Source: Octopus vulgaris (taxonomy: Eukaryota). From it: DNA of 64,000 bases. The stretch spans positions 51,646,001 through 51,710,000 of the forward strand of contig OX597824.1 in assembly GCA_951406725.2 (NCBI GenBank), read 5' to 3'. Position numbers and translations under genes: made by a program. Of the stretch, positions 43,887 to 56,379 are shown in pieces. Under the pieces are notes generated by a model. The model saw nothing but the letters and a program-made list of their open reading frames with translations. It was not told the origin of the DNA and did no database searches. The stretch's first letter is position 1, and each line of letters begins with the position of its first letter.

Positions 43887-44310
43887 TGCAGGTGTGGCTG
43901 TGTGGTAAGAAGTTTGCTTCACAACCACATGGTTCTGTGTTCAATCCCACTGCATGACACCTTTGGCAAGTGTCTTCTACAATAGCCTCAGGCTGACCAA
44001 AGCCTTGTGAGTAGATTTGATAGACAGAAACTGAAAGAAGCCCATCGTATATATGTATATGTGTTTGTGTCTCTTTCTTTGTGTCTGTGTCCGTTCTCCA
44101 GAGTCGCTTGACAAACTGGTATTGGTGTGTTTATGTCCCTATAACATAGCAGTTCAGCAAAAGATACTGATAGAATAAAAAGTACCAGGTTTGTCAAAAA
44201 ATAAATGAATAGACAGTAAGTACTAGGGTCAATTCATTCAACTGAAAATCTTTCAAGATGGTGCCCCAGCATGGCCGCAATCAAATGACTGCAGTAAGTA
44301 AAAGATAAAG
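43887..44310 (+). mobile_element. SINE family A, full length
   Basis: Collinear with the reverse complement of 25151-25558. Confidence 0.85.
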
Positions 44311-45212
44311 TATGATATGGTGGTTTAGTTTTGATATTTATGGTTTTCGTTTTCATAAGATTTTACTGCCACATGTATAGATAACATTTTGCAATATTGT
44401 AGGTTTTGGGCATGTTTTTGATTTAGCTCTGGAATACAATAGGTTTTACTACAGATCCTGAAGAAAGTGATAGATGTCTACATCAGTAGTAACAATTTTA
44501 CAGGTAAGTTTGTGAATAAGAGATAGGTCGAGATGCTGTAGATAGACAAGGAGTATAATGTTTTTGGGTTGTTCTTTTGTCTGACTAAGGGAAAAAAAGT
44601 GCTTTTGTCAGTTGAAAATGTTTGTCGTTTTCAAATGTAATTAGAGCTCAGGGAAGTCAGCTTCCCTTTCTCCCAAGACATAAATTTATTGACATAACAA
44701 ATGAGAGGAAGACAAAATAGTCCACAAGATTCTTTCTTGCATTTTCTCTTCCTCTCATTTGTTATATATTTGACAGACCTGGAGGAATTCCAGTGGTATT
44801 TATATCCATATTTTTAAAGACATCAGGTAGCTGCAGACAGTGAATGTTCCTTAATTGGCATACTACCAGGTGTATGGCCATGTCTAAATTTATCCCTACA
44901 TATAAGCATTATTGGATGGTATACAACTGTTCATATTTAGTATGGTATTGTATAGGAGCATGAGTTATATTTCAAGTAAGTTATGGTGGCACATGATCTT
45001 GGTATGTTTTTCCATAATTCTTTATCATTTATAGCTTTATGAGTGCTTTGAGATTCACTGTTCTGGAAAAGAATTATTTCATGTTCTCTCTAAAGCTTAT
45101 AAATTTTTATGAATCAGCAACAGACACAGACAAGTGCATGTGAGTGTGTGAGCACACACACAGACAAACATGCACAGACACATACACACACACACAAAAT
45201 ATTAAATATGGT

Positions 45213-45433
45213 CTAAGGCAGAAAGAGCTGACAAAATCATTAGCATGCTGGACAAAATGCTTAGTGGCATTTTACCTGTCTTTATGCTCTGAGTTCAAAT
45301 TCCACAGAGGTCAGCTTTGCCTTTCATCCTTTCAGGAATGATAAAATAAGTACCAGTCGAACACTGGGGTTGAAGAAATCATCTTACTCCCCCAGCTCCT
45401 GAACTTGCTGGCCTTGTGCCAAAATTTGAAACC
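45213..45433 (+). mobile_element. SINE family B with perfect 15-bp TSD
   Basis: AATATTAAATATGGT at 45198-45212 and 45434-45448. Confidence 0.82.
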
Positions 45434-46043
45434 AATATTAAATATGGTTTGTTGAAGGATAATTTCCACATAATATTCTATGATATGCTTGACTGTATGG
45501 TATATTACGGTCTGCTCTGCTATAATGTGAAATGTGGTTTGTTATGGTGTCGGTGTGTTATGCTTTTCAGTATGGCATGTTATGGTTTTCCTGTATAGTT
45601 AAATAACTATCTTCCTCCCTACCCATCAAATCTCTTATCCCCTCTCCTTACCAGTCACCTGCACACCTCTCACACTTCCCTGCCCAGTAGCCATATGCTT
45701 GCTTATGTGACGGAGTTCGGGAGTTCGTTGGGTTCAGGCAGTGATGATTGCAAGATTGGGCTAGAAGTGTTTTGGTCTGTTTCTTGTACAAGAATTTACC
45801 AGATTCACCAGAATACCACATGGCCTTGACTAACCACCGTAGTGATGTTGTTGTTGTTGTTGTAACTAGCTCTGTGGGTGGTGGTGGTGGTGTTCAAGAT
45901 GTTGGTGGTGTTAGTATTGTTTTTAGTGGTGGAGTTGGTGTTATTGCTGATGATAATGATAACAGAGATGGTGGTGGTGGAGTTGGTGATGGGGTTGTTT
46001 TTGTTGGAGATAGCATAGATAGAAGTAGAGCTGTTGATGGCAA

Positions 46044-46784
46044 TGTTCCTAATACTGGTGATGGTGATGGTAGTGTTGTTGACTGTGATGCTGGTAATAT
46101 TGCTGTTGCTATTGTTGTTGAGTAGTTGCTGTTGATTTAGAAATGTTGTTTGTGTTGGGTCTGTTATTGGAGGTAGACATAAGCAATGATGATGTCAGTG
46201 AAAAAATAGTCACCCTTCCTACATAACAAATCATATTACTCTATAGTGTTTCAATTTTCACCTCCTCTGTTTTGCTACTTCTCTATATCCAAAACAGTCT
46301 CAAGCTTCCATTGTTTTCACTTCTTTTTCATAACCAACCCTTTTGATACAAACTCACCCGAAACCACTCTTCATTTTATGATACAAGTTCCTAGTTTTAA
46401 AGTGATTGAAATTAAAACCTTCCTTAAAAATTTTATGCCAATTTAAGTTCAAAACACCAGCTCAAAGGTGAAAAAATGATTATACTAAATTCTTTATCAT
46501 TTTAACCTGCCTCAGATAACCTTGATTCTATGACGCAAACTTTGGGTTTTAATGTTGTCTGAGTTAAAACCTTTCTTCAAAATTTCATTCTAAACTACGG
46601 TTGAAACAGGAAGGGTGACTATTTTTTCACTGACATCATCATTGCTTATGTTTACCTCCAATAACAGACCCAACACAAACAACATTTCTAAATCAACAGC
46701 AACTACTCAACAACAATAGCAACAGCAATATTACCAGCATCACAGTCAACAACACTACCATCACCACCACCAGTATTAGGAACA
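46044..46784. repeat. 177-bp near-perfect inverted repeat (46044-46220 / 46608-46784)
   Basis: Arms are reverse complements with about 2 mismatches by eye; 387-bp spacer. Confidence 0.9.
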
Positions 46785-46950
46785 ATTATTAGGATTAATA
46801 ATGGCAAAAGTTATTTTACTAGATTCTTTGTAATTTTAACAATTAATTGAAATAAATGCAGTATATTCCACTAGAATAACAGTAACGAAAGGGTTAGAAA
46901 TTAATTGGGACAAAGGCAGTGTATTTCAAACAAATATGGTAACAAAAGGG
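46338..46950. mobile_element. piggyBac-like MITE with internal duplication, interrupted by an inverted copy of flanking DNA
   Basis: Starts CCCTTTTGATAC; ends GTAACAAAAGGG-TTAA, with a second end-like motif at about 46882-46893. Confidence 0.55.
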
Positions 46951-48202
46951 TTAAGCTAACAAAGGAGCCTCTGTGTGGCTGATTGCTCTCTACCTTCTAG
47001 AAATATTATCCCTCAAATAACACATTGGATAATTTGATTTTAGATACACCAAACCTGAAAAATAGATGAGATGGTCACAGCTGGAACATTTCCAATCATA
47101 GATCAAGGATGATGAAGGATTAAACTGTAACATTTGTTTTGGTAGTTTTGTTTGTAGCTACTTGTATGCATTGTTACTTCTTTTGTCTTTAATCAAATGT
47201 CATCACCAGCACTGTTGTTGATTAGCACCCTACCCACTGATTAAGCAGACTTACAATTATTAGCATTCTGATCATGGCCATAAGTGCAGGGAGAAAATTT
47301 TCATAGTGGGTGCAAGCCCAACTCAGGACATTCAAAGTATTTGCATTGAACCCAGAAAATTTTAGGAGGCATATTTAAACACCTTACACTCTCTGTTCCC
47401 TAGCCTATGGATAAGGCTGCACCAACTTTTTAGGGTTATATAGAACTACATTATTTAATAGTTCTCTTTCTGATTTTTTTTTTTATTATTTATTTTGTAA
47501 GGACAGTTTTTTTAGGTGTCAGTAGCACATAAGTAGTCACATAGCATGTCAATACATGTGACCACAGTAGTCTACTATTGAGACTGGTTGATGCACAAAG
47601 TCATCACGTTGCAACTACCACACAAACAATCTGTTGACACCATGCCAATGTATCAGTATAACATCCATGCCTTGCTGCTGATGCTTTGATATTTATCATT
47701 GAGCTTTACTACCCTATCAGCTTGGTAGTATGTCTGTAGCTAGATATGTTGTATGTCATCACAAGGAATGTGTGTAAAGTGTGGAGATTTTTATGGCTCA
47801 AGTCTGAGGTGATATTGATGAAGTGCCCATGAACTTGGTAACCATTTAACTAACTGAACATTTCATTGTTATTTGTTGTTGTTGAGCCTTAGATTAAGCA
47901 GACCTATGATTAAATATATTCTAACCATGGCCATCCCATCTTTTATCTAGATATGGTACACTATCTCATCTTTTATCCAGATATAGCAACACTATATTAT
48001 CAGTGTGTTCTTCGATTTTTTTTCCTTTTTTGCAAGATCTTCGGAAGTAGGGGGTGAGGGAGATTTGCTTCTTATTTCTAGCAGGTAGAGCAATCACATT
48101 AGTTTACTTACTAGAACAACAAACTTCTAATCTGAAAGTTGTGGTTTCAAATCCTTTTGTAGGTGAAGATATTTTCATGGTTAAAGTTTGTTTCTTTTTC
48201 AG

Positions 48203-48293
48203 AATCAAAGAAGCTCAAAACAAAGTAAAAGAACTACAAGAAGTGAAAAGACCCTCATCGATGCAGATACGTAACATTCGGAAAGGCGGCCTG
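48203..48293 (+). CDS. FMN: FMN formin penultimate coding exon: (R)IKEAQNKVKELQEVKRPSSMQIRNIRKGGL
   Basis: TTTCTTTTTCAG acceptor, GTTAGT donor at 48294; 91 nt, phase 2 to 0; continues ...KQ-R-IKEAQ like FMN 'ERVKEAE'. Implies intron 10491-48202 (37.7 kb). Confidence 0.85.
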
Positions 48294-48315
48294 GTTAGTC
48301 ACACACTCATTGCCA

Positions 48316-48385
<70 letters not shown>

Positions 48386-49046
48386 TTGTTTTTTGTTTTT
48401 GTTTTGCTGCTATCGTCATCTTTCTTCCAACAGTAATATGGAGTAAACTCAAGCTAGCAATGATCTGAAAAACTTCATACTTTGCTCTCTGACAAATTCC
48501 TAATTGTGGTTCAGCTGTTGTGAGTAAGATAGGTGGAAGTAATGTAGCCCAGGTGGCCATGATTAACTAAGACAATTCGCCTTCTTATTTGCAATTTATA
48601 TTTAGTCAGGAAACTTTGATGAAAATACATTTTAATTAATGAATTTTAATTGCCAGGAAATTTGGTACAAATAAATCTAGGCATTTAATTTTCAAGACAT
48701 GACTAATGATATTACTTACTCTTCACAAAAAACCCATAAATTTATAACAGAATAGAATACTTGATTAAATCAACCTCAATGAGGGTGCCTCTATATGGAC
48801 AGTAAATCTCCCAGAAATAGAACCTTCAAATTACCTCCTACTGACTTAAAAATGAGCATAGACATGGTTGTGTACTTAAGGAGTTTTCTTCACAATTACA
48901 TAGTTAAGGATTTGATCCCATTGATCATCACCTTGAACTTGGTTAACAAAATTCGGTAGCTGGAAGATGTGTGAACGTTCTACTGATGGACATTGGTTTT
49001 GAGTGGTAGATTTAATGAGCTACCTAACCACTGAGTACCTTTAGTG

Positions 49047-49641
49047 CAGTGGTTTTTGACCCTTTATAGCTCTGTTCCCCTTTTTATGGGATGACTTTTA
49101 CAAATACCCTCTTTCCAGGTTTTATATCTTTTCTTTTACTTCTTGTTTCATTCATTAGGCTGTGGCTATGCTGGGGCACCACTTTGAAGAACTTTAATTG
49201 AACAAATTGACCACAGTACTTATTATTTTTTTGTAAAGCTATTGATCTCTTTTGCTGAACCATTAAATTACAGGTTGTAAAAACTTTGTCAAAACAAACC
49301 TCACTGGTGCCACGTAAAAAGCAGTCAGTCCACTCTGTAAGGTGGTTGGCATTAGGAAGGGCATTCAGCTGCATGAACCATGCCAAAATAGACAATGAAA
49401 CATGCTGTAGTCTCCTGGCTTGCCAGCTCTGTCAAAATGTTCATCCCATGCCAACATGGAAAACAGACATTAAATGATAATGATGATGATGATGATTCAA
49501 ATATAAGTACTCTGCCTGATCTGAATATTTTATTATCAATGAAAAATCATAACTCCTCTAAACATTCACTGCCCATTTGATATTTGCTGCCAACTTTTGT
49601 GCTCTCCTGGGACCTGCTGCCACCCCAGTTAAGAACCACTG
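49047..49641. mobile_element. Probable hAT-type MITE hosting nested SINE and RTE-tail insertions
   Basis: Ends CAGTGGTTTTTGAC / GTTAAGAACCACTG; TSD degenerate. Confidence 0.5.
49300..49496 (+). mobile_element. RTE 3'-UTR-only short copy
   Basis: GGTGCCACGTAAAAAGCA...GGTTGGCATTAGGAAGGGCAT...CCCATGCC...GATGATGAT. Confidence 0.75.
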
Positions 49642-50579
49642 TTTTAACGGACCCACACACTTGCAAGGATTTGAACCAAGTTCCAAGACTATAGCTTCTC
49701 CTCAGTCCTGAAAACCTTGATTGAAAAAAGTGATGACTGGAATGCTTTTGGTCTTTGAATTGTAGGACCAGCTGAGCTTGGGTTAAACAATGACAACAAC
49801 CTCAACCTCTGGAAAGCTGGGTATCATATTTGATGTGTTACTTCTACATTTTTCTTTATGTAGTTCTACTCATTAGAGGGTATAAGTGGAAGTGGTTTTC
49901 TTGTGGAGGTCTGCTGCCAAATGGGACAGGTACATGTTCCCATGGCACTTGCAGGCTTATATACTGTCAGTATCACCTAGATGATCCACTTAGAGAGATC
50001 ATAGTAGTTAGTAGCAACCTGTGAACTGTAAACTTTTTCACACACTCTCAACCTATCAGTCTTGGAGGTCATGCAAAGGTCCTGGGTGCAGCCTCTGTTT
50101 CTGTGAGGAAATGTTTAAAAAACATTTCAGTTCTTCAGTTTAAGAGGAAGTATTGAAGGCTGATATATTGTTGTGATGTGATGTGTTATATTGTTGTGAT
50201 AGGGAGTGAAATATTGGATACTATTGTGACATGGGATGAACTGTGGTATGTTATGATGTGGGATGAGATGAAATATTTCAGCTAAAGACTTTTGTTGTTC
50301 CATGCACCTCATTTCTACAGTGTATCCTACTTGCACACACACACTGTCACTAACTAACAACTCTACCACTAACATTTCTTACTCTTAAATGATAGTATAT
50401 TCTTTATTTTAATTTGTTTATATGACTCCTCTCCCATCTCTTTAGACTGCAACAGCTTTCCCTCCACTCTCTCATTAACTCTTTATCACTCATTCTCTAT
50501 ATATATATTTTTTTTTTTCTGTAATTCTTTGTCTCTCTTTTTTGGATTATCAAACAGTCTTTCTTTTTTTGACTTACAG

Positions 50580-50627
50580 AAAGATCGTTTGAGTAGCAAA
50601 CTGAAGGGGGAACTGTTACCAAGGTGA
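50580..50627 (+). CDS. FMN: FMN formin last coding exon: KDRLSSKLKGELLPR* (basic FSI-like tail)
   Basis: Long pyrimidine tract + TTACAG acceptor ending 50579, phase 0, TGA at 50625-50627. Spliced 'GGL-KDRL' parallels the FMN/Capu tail motif (S/G)(I/L)K.(R/K). Confidence 0.78.
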   Translation, partial: KDRLSSKLKGELLPR

Positions 50628-51959
50628 TTGAGAGGTAGGCATCAGGCATATTTCATTATCCTTTTCTGTATATGCTTACACACACACACACACACACATG
50701 GACACACATAAGCACTGAACCAAGAGATGTGAGAAGCAAATGAAGATTTAATATTCCCGTAAGGTTACAACTGTTTCATAATTCTCTCTGTGTTACATCA
50801 TTAACTTTGTTGTGTATGTTTATACAGTAGTACCGCTGTTTCAAGATGCACAGATTCAAGATGAATTCTATTTTTAGATGCAAATTTACTACCAGAATCT
50901 TTGTTTCTAGGTTTTTAAATTAATAGTATTAATGCTCTTACTCACAAAGCTAGTGTCAGTGATTTAGTGAATAAAACTGTTACTATACTTTGTTAGAAAT
51001 AAAGCTTTCTTGCTTGAATCCAGTTATGTTTAAGGATTAGATTAATAGTGGAAAAAAATGATCCTATTATAGTTTTTCAGATTTTTTATTCAGAGTTGTA
51101 AAGCCATAGAATCAAAGTTAACATTCCAGATATTTACTGACATGGTTTCAGTTTCTAGACATATCTAAAGTACTTTACTTTAGTATGTGGATGGGCATGA
51201 ATATTACAACTTTTGTTTTATCTATATACTACAAAAACTCTGTGATTGCTTGCTTGCATGCTTGCTTGCATGTGTGCTTGTTGGTAATTTAATACAGCCA
51301 AACTGGTGCATAATGGGAATACAAGTGGAATAAAACAAGTTTTATGTAAATCGCACCATGGATTCTTGAGATACTTGGATTTTTGGGGGTACTTTCATAA
51401 ATAGCCAAAATGGCACATAATGGGAAAATACCCCAAAAGTAACATAATCCTGAAATGGGAATATATAATACTGAAAATTGTTTCCATTAATTTTGTTTGC
51501 ATTATATAACAATTCCTTTTGCATTTTTGTAGGAGTGTGCACATATGCTATAAATAAATACTTTTACTGGAGTTCAAGTTTATCCTTGAAGTTCTATTTC
51601 TATTAGATGCTGTAAATGATCAATAAAACCTTAAATATGAACTTGTGAATGACATGAACGAATTGAAATATTTAACTGAATCGTCATAAAATTAACTTTC
51701 ATTTTAATGCAATGTTGAAATCAGCTTCAGTGTGTTATAACCTGAACTGTCAGTGACCCAACAGGTTATGGGTAGTCTAGTTATGTCTCAAAAGATCTTA
51801 GAATTTGCGATTCTATGAAGAATCAAACAGGATACATTTAATCATAAGAAACTACTTACAGAAGTAAATAAGTAAAAATGAAAAGAAAATGCTTTTTATA
51901 TTTAACATATTGTACTTGACTCACTTGAAGGGTCATGTAAGTTACTTGGTGACCTCACC

Positions 51960-52148
51960 AGTGCTGGTGCCATGTAAAAAAGCACCCAGTACACCTTGTG
52001 AAGTGGTTGGCATTAGGTAGGATATCCAGCTGTAGAAACCATGCCAAAGTAGACACTAAAACTTGGTACTGCTCTCTGGCTCATCTGTTCATGTTGAACC
52101 ATTCAGCCCATCCCAGCATAGGAAAAGGAATGTTAAATGATGATGATC
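51960..52148 (+). mobile_element. RTE 3'-UTR-only short copy
   Basis: Same motifs as the other tail copies. Confidence 0.7.
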
Positions 52149-52368
52149 ATAACTGCCAGCTTTGTTGTGTAGCAATTGGTCCTTTTTCATGCTCTCCTAT
52201 AAACTAAATTCTTGGCCAATCCTCTACCCAGGTCTCAATAGCATTAAATAAATGAACTTCTTTGAAGGTTAAGATTGTATTTTAGGTAGTCATTTTCAAA
52301 AGCACTTGTTACCATCCTTCACCATTTGGTGAAATAAGAATTGATTAATAAAATACTTTAAGGTTTAA

Positions 52369-52592
52369 TCCTTTAGCACTCAGATTACCCAGTCAAAGTA
52401 ATGCTCATTTATAATAACATTGCTTTTAATTGATCATATATTATATTTCATAATCTCAAGATTTCAGTGATGTGATTGTTTATTTTTAGAATGACATTCT
52501 AGGGTAGGCATGAAAGACCAGATCTGGTTGGTTTGAATATAAAATGGGTTGGATGTTTGGGACCAGATATGATTGGTTTAAATACTAAAGGA
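52369..52592. mobile_element. TTAA-flanked (piggyBac-like) MITE
   Basis: TTAA-TCCTTTAGCA ... TACTAAAGGA-TTAA. Confidence 0.7.
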
Positions 52593-54376
52593 TTAAGAAA
52601 ATGTCCCCAGTGAAGACTAAATTGTCAACTGTGTTACTAAAATGTTTTCTTTATGACCAATCTACCATTATATTTATGTAAAACAAACTTAAGATTTATG
52701 TTTTATCTGTGTATAAGCTATTGATCTTTGAAGATTGTTCTCTTTTACAGGTTCACACTTGATCAGCTTACCATTATTGACCGTGTATATGACTGTGAGT
52801 AGTTGAGCAGATTCATTTGCCTACAAGCATGACCAAATATTCAAATAACTAACCAGTTTGGAATAATGTGAATGATGGTTAACTTTTGAAAAACGACTGA
52901 CAGAAAGGACAAACATATAATCATTTTATTTCTGGAGACCTTTTTTTCTGATGAAAACTCCATCATTTACCAATGTTATTCAAATTATGTGGCAGTGATG
53001 TGTGGGTGGAGTATTTAATTTCCACTACATTTAAACCAATATGGATATTTTGTCTTTTGGTTTATGTAAATGTTGACTTTGAAATGAAAAAAGAAATAAC
53101 TAAAAGCCTTGTCAACATCCTGTAAATGAAAGAAAGTTCTTTCTCTCTCTCTCTCTCACACACACACACTCTTTCTCTCTTTGCACACACAAACAGAATG
53201 ATCTATGAGATGTTAACTCATTCTCTCAGTTGATCTCTGATTAAATATCCAAATAAGGCCTTTTTTACTCTTGGTGTGTTTGTATATGCATGCATGTGTG
53301 TGTGAATGTGTATTTATATATATACATCTACGTTTGTGTGCATGTATATATTCTATGCCTTTGTAAATGTGTGCATGCAAGAGAATGTTGGCCCATGAAT
53401 GCAAAAACCCTCTAGAATTGTTAAGCATTAAACAGAAGAAAATCTTATATAGTTGTTAAGTCACAATGGAAAGACATCCTGTAGAATTGTTGACCTTTTG
53501 GTTAAGAAAAGAAAAGGAATAAAAACAAAGACTTGTACAAATAAAGGGAATGTATGAAACAAATTCTATTATTTTATATAAAAAAAATTGATTGTTGAGC
53601 CATACACAGAAAGTATTTTAAATCAATTTTAATCAAAGAACCAAAAATTTGTTAAGTTAATATTTTTCCAACATCAGAAGATTATGTGTACAGCATTGAT
53701 CTGCATACTAACTCAATTTGCATGATTGTTGACTCAGGAACGTATTGGCTCTATGATCAAGAGGAATACTTATGTAAATGTGCTCCTACTAACAAAAGAT
53801 AAGCTACATGAATTAACTGCCTATGAATTATGAAGAACCTGATATGGGTGTTATCTGTGAATATAAACAATTGAACTATAAATAAAAGATTATTTATAAA
53901 AATGTGATGTACACTTTGAGAAATTTGACTTCATTAGCAGTGGTTTTCTTTTATATATGTTGACCGAACATTACAAGATTTTATGTATAAATGTTAATCT
54001 TCTGTCTTGTTAAACCCAAATCCAAAATGAAACTATCATCAACTCCCATATACCTCCAGTTTTTACTGCAATCAGACATGACCATATTTATTTTTATATC
54101 TGTATCTCCTCCCACCCCTCTCTTTCACACATGTGTGTAGATGTATGCACATATGTGTATGGATGTATAGTAATATTTTGAACTTGTTTAAAAGCTAGCA
54201 CTGTTGGGTAGAAAGTAAGCTCACTTCAAGTCATGTTTGAACCCTGGTTTTGTTTCTTTGTTGTGACCATTTTACTTCACTTTCAGTGCTAATGTCTATG
54301 AGAAAGATATGAAATTCACTATACAAGCTACACACTTTCCACTTTTCTGAACCTAGTAAACAAAATATTTGTATTT

Positions 54377-54392
54377 AATAAAATAAAATAAA
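54377..54392 (+). terminator. Candidate polyadenylation signal cluster for the formin 3' UTR
   Basis: Overlapping AATAAA hexamers (AATAAAATAAAATAAA) followed by a GT/T-rich tract near 54415-54440; other AATAAA sites exist at about 51553 and 51622. Confidence 0.35.
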
Positions 54393-55063
54393 ATATTTTG
54401 AAATTTGTCAGCAGGTTTGTTTTGTTACTAAGTTTTTTAATCTTTAACTTCCTACTCTCAAGCTCATGTTAGTTGTGGTTTTAGGGCAAGCCAGATGTAT
54501 GCAACATAGTTGATTGAATGGCAGACTGTGAGCTACGGCTCTATAGCTTCGCTATCTTGTATCTCTGACTAATGGAGGGCCATATTACATGTTAACATGC
54601 AGTGCTTGAGTGTATGTGGTGCAATATTGCAGTCTGGGCATGTAATATTCCTTCTGCTATCCTGTCTGTTTCAATTAAACTTAGATTTTGGTGATAGTCA
54701 CAACAGAAGTGGACAAAGTTAATTAGGTCTGAACTCAGCAGTTGCTGTTCCTTTGTACTTAATGCTGTACACCCCAGCATAATGTTTGGAGCTAATGACG
54801 TTATGGGTCTGTGTGATGTTATTTCACATGATATGAAGCTGTAAGACCTTGAATTAGTTTGATGCACATATAAGAGTAAGAGGTGAAGTGAGAGATCTAC
54901 AATGGCATTTGAGATGCAGAAAGTACTCAGTGGCTGTGAGAGAAGGAATAATTGTGCTGCCAAGAGGGAACAAGAAGAAAGGTGACACAGTAGATAATGT
55001 TTCAATTCCAGAACTTTGCTAGGTGCGAGGCTATAGAATTGGGCCAAGATGAGAGAGATTGTT

Positions 55064-56379
55064 TGGGAAGATAGTTTTTGTATGTGGCAGATGCTCGGGG
55101 GCAATAAACAATGAAAATGCGCAGAGACCAACTTCCACCACATTCCAGGGAGAAAAACTAGAAGTAGTTGATAGCTTCCGTTATCTAGGTGACCAAATCA
55201 GTAGCGGAGGAGGGTGCACTGAAAGTGTAGCTGCCAGAATAAGAATAGCTTGGGCAAAGTTCAGAGAGCTCTTACCTCTGCTGGTGACAAAGGGCCTCTC
55301 GCTTAGAGTAAAAGGTAGACTGTATGATGCATGTGTACGAAGAGCCATGCTACACGGCAGTGAAACATGGGCTGTGACTGCTGAGGATATGCATAAGCTT
55401 GCAAGGAACGAAGCCAGTATGATCCAATGGATGTGTAATGTCAGTGTTCATACTCGATAGAGTGTGAGTACCTTGAGAGAAAAGTTGGACCTAAGAAGCA
55501 TTAGATGTGGTGTGCAAGAGAGACGACTGCGCTGGTATGGTCATGTGAGAATGGATGAGGATAGTTGTGTGAAAAAGTACCACACCCTAGCAGTTGAGGG
55601 AACCTGTGCAAGAGGTTGACCTGGGATGAAGTTGTGAAGCACGACCTTCGAACATTAGGCCTTACCAAGGAAATGACTAGCGACCGAGATTTTTGGAAAT
55701 ATGCTGTGCTCGAGAAGACCCGGCAAGCCAGATGAAACCATAACCCGTGGCCTATGCCAGGAGCATAACCAGCCCGCTTATGCGTAGCTTTTCCTTCTTT
55801 GATCACTAAACTTTGCTTGCGAAGACCTGTTGAGGCAAGTGAAATCAAAATCAAAATCAAAATTATTTCGATGACTGGCATCCGTGCTAGCGGGGTGCAA
55901 AGAGCACCATACAAGTGTGATCGTTGACAGAGAGGCTATTCGAGTATGATCGTTACCAGCGTCGCCTTACTGGCACTTATGCCTGTGCTAGTAGGGTGCC
56001 AAGAACACCATCCGAGCGTGATCGTTGGCAGAGCAGCCAACTGGTTTCCGTACCCGTGGCACGTAAAAGGGCACCATTCGAGCGTGATCGTTACCAACGT
56101 CGCTTCACTGGCACCTGTGCCAGTGGCACGTGTAAAAAGATTCGAGCGAGGTCATTGCCAGTATCGCCTGACTGGCCCCTGTGCAGGTGGCACGTAAAAT
56201 GCACCCACTACACTCTCGAAGTGGTTGGCGTTAGGAAGGGCATCCAGCTTTAGAAACTCTGCCAGATCAAGACTGGGGCCTGGTGCTGCCATCTGGTTGC
56301 CAGCCCTCAGTCAAAATCGTCCGACCCATGCTAGCATGGAAAACGGACGTTAAATGATGATGATGATGATGATGATGAT
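55064..56379 (+). mobile_element. RTE LINE, same family as 777-2992, more truncated and decayed
   Basis: ORF 55059-55460 nearly identical to the 3' part of the 783-2513 ORF; later stop and frameshifts; related 3' UTR; (GAT)n tail. Confidence 0.92.

Noticed and set aside
45648-45822. Minus-strand short ORF MWYSGESGKFLYKKQTK... with a possible donor site (nested gene?)
   Set aside because: Under 60 aa, no recognisable homology, and no compatible further exons found.
45748-46125. 125-aa G/V/D-rich ORF
   Set aside because: Derived from degenerate (GGT/GTT/GAT)n trinucleotide low-complexity sequence.
48095-48165. Weak tRNA-like remnant just upstream of the exon 48203 acceptor
   Set aside because: Only a partial B-box-like motif; cloverleaf cannot be built.
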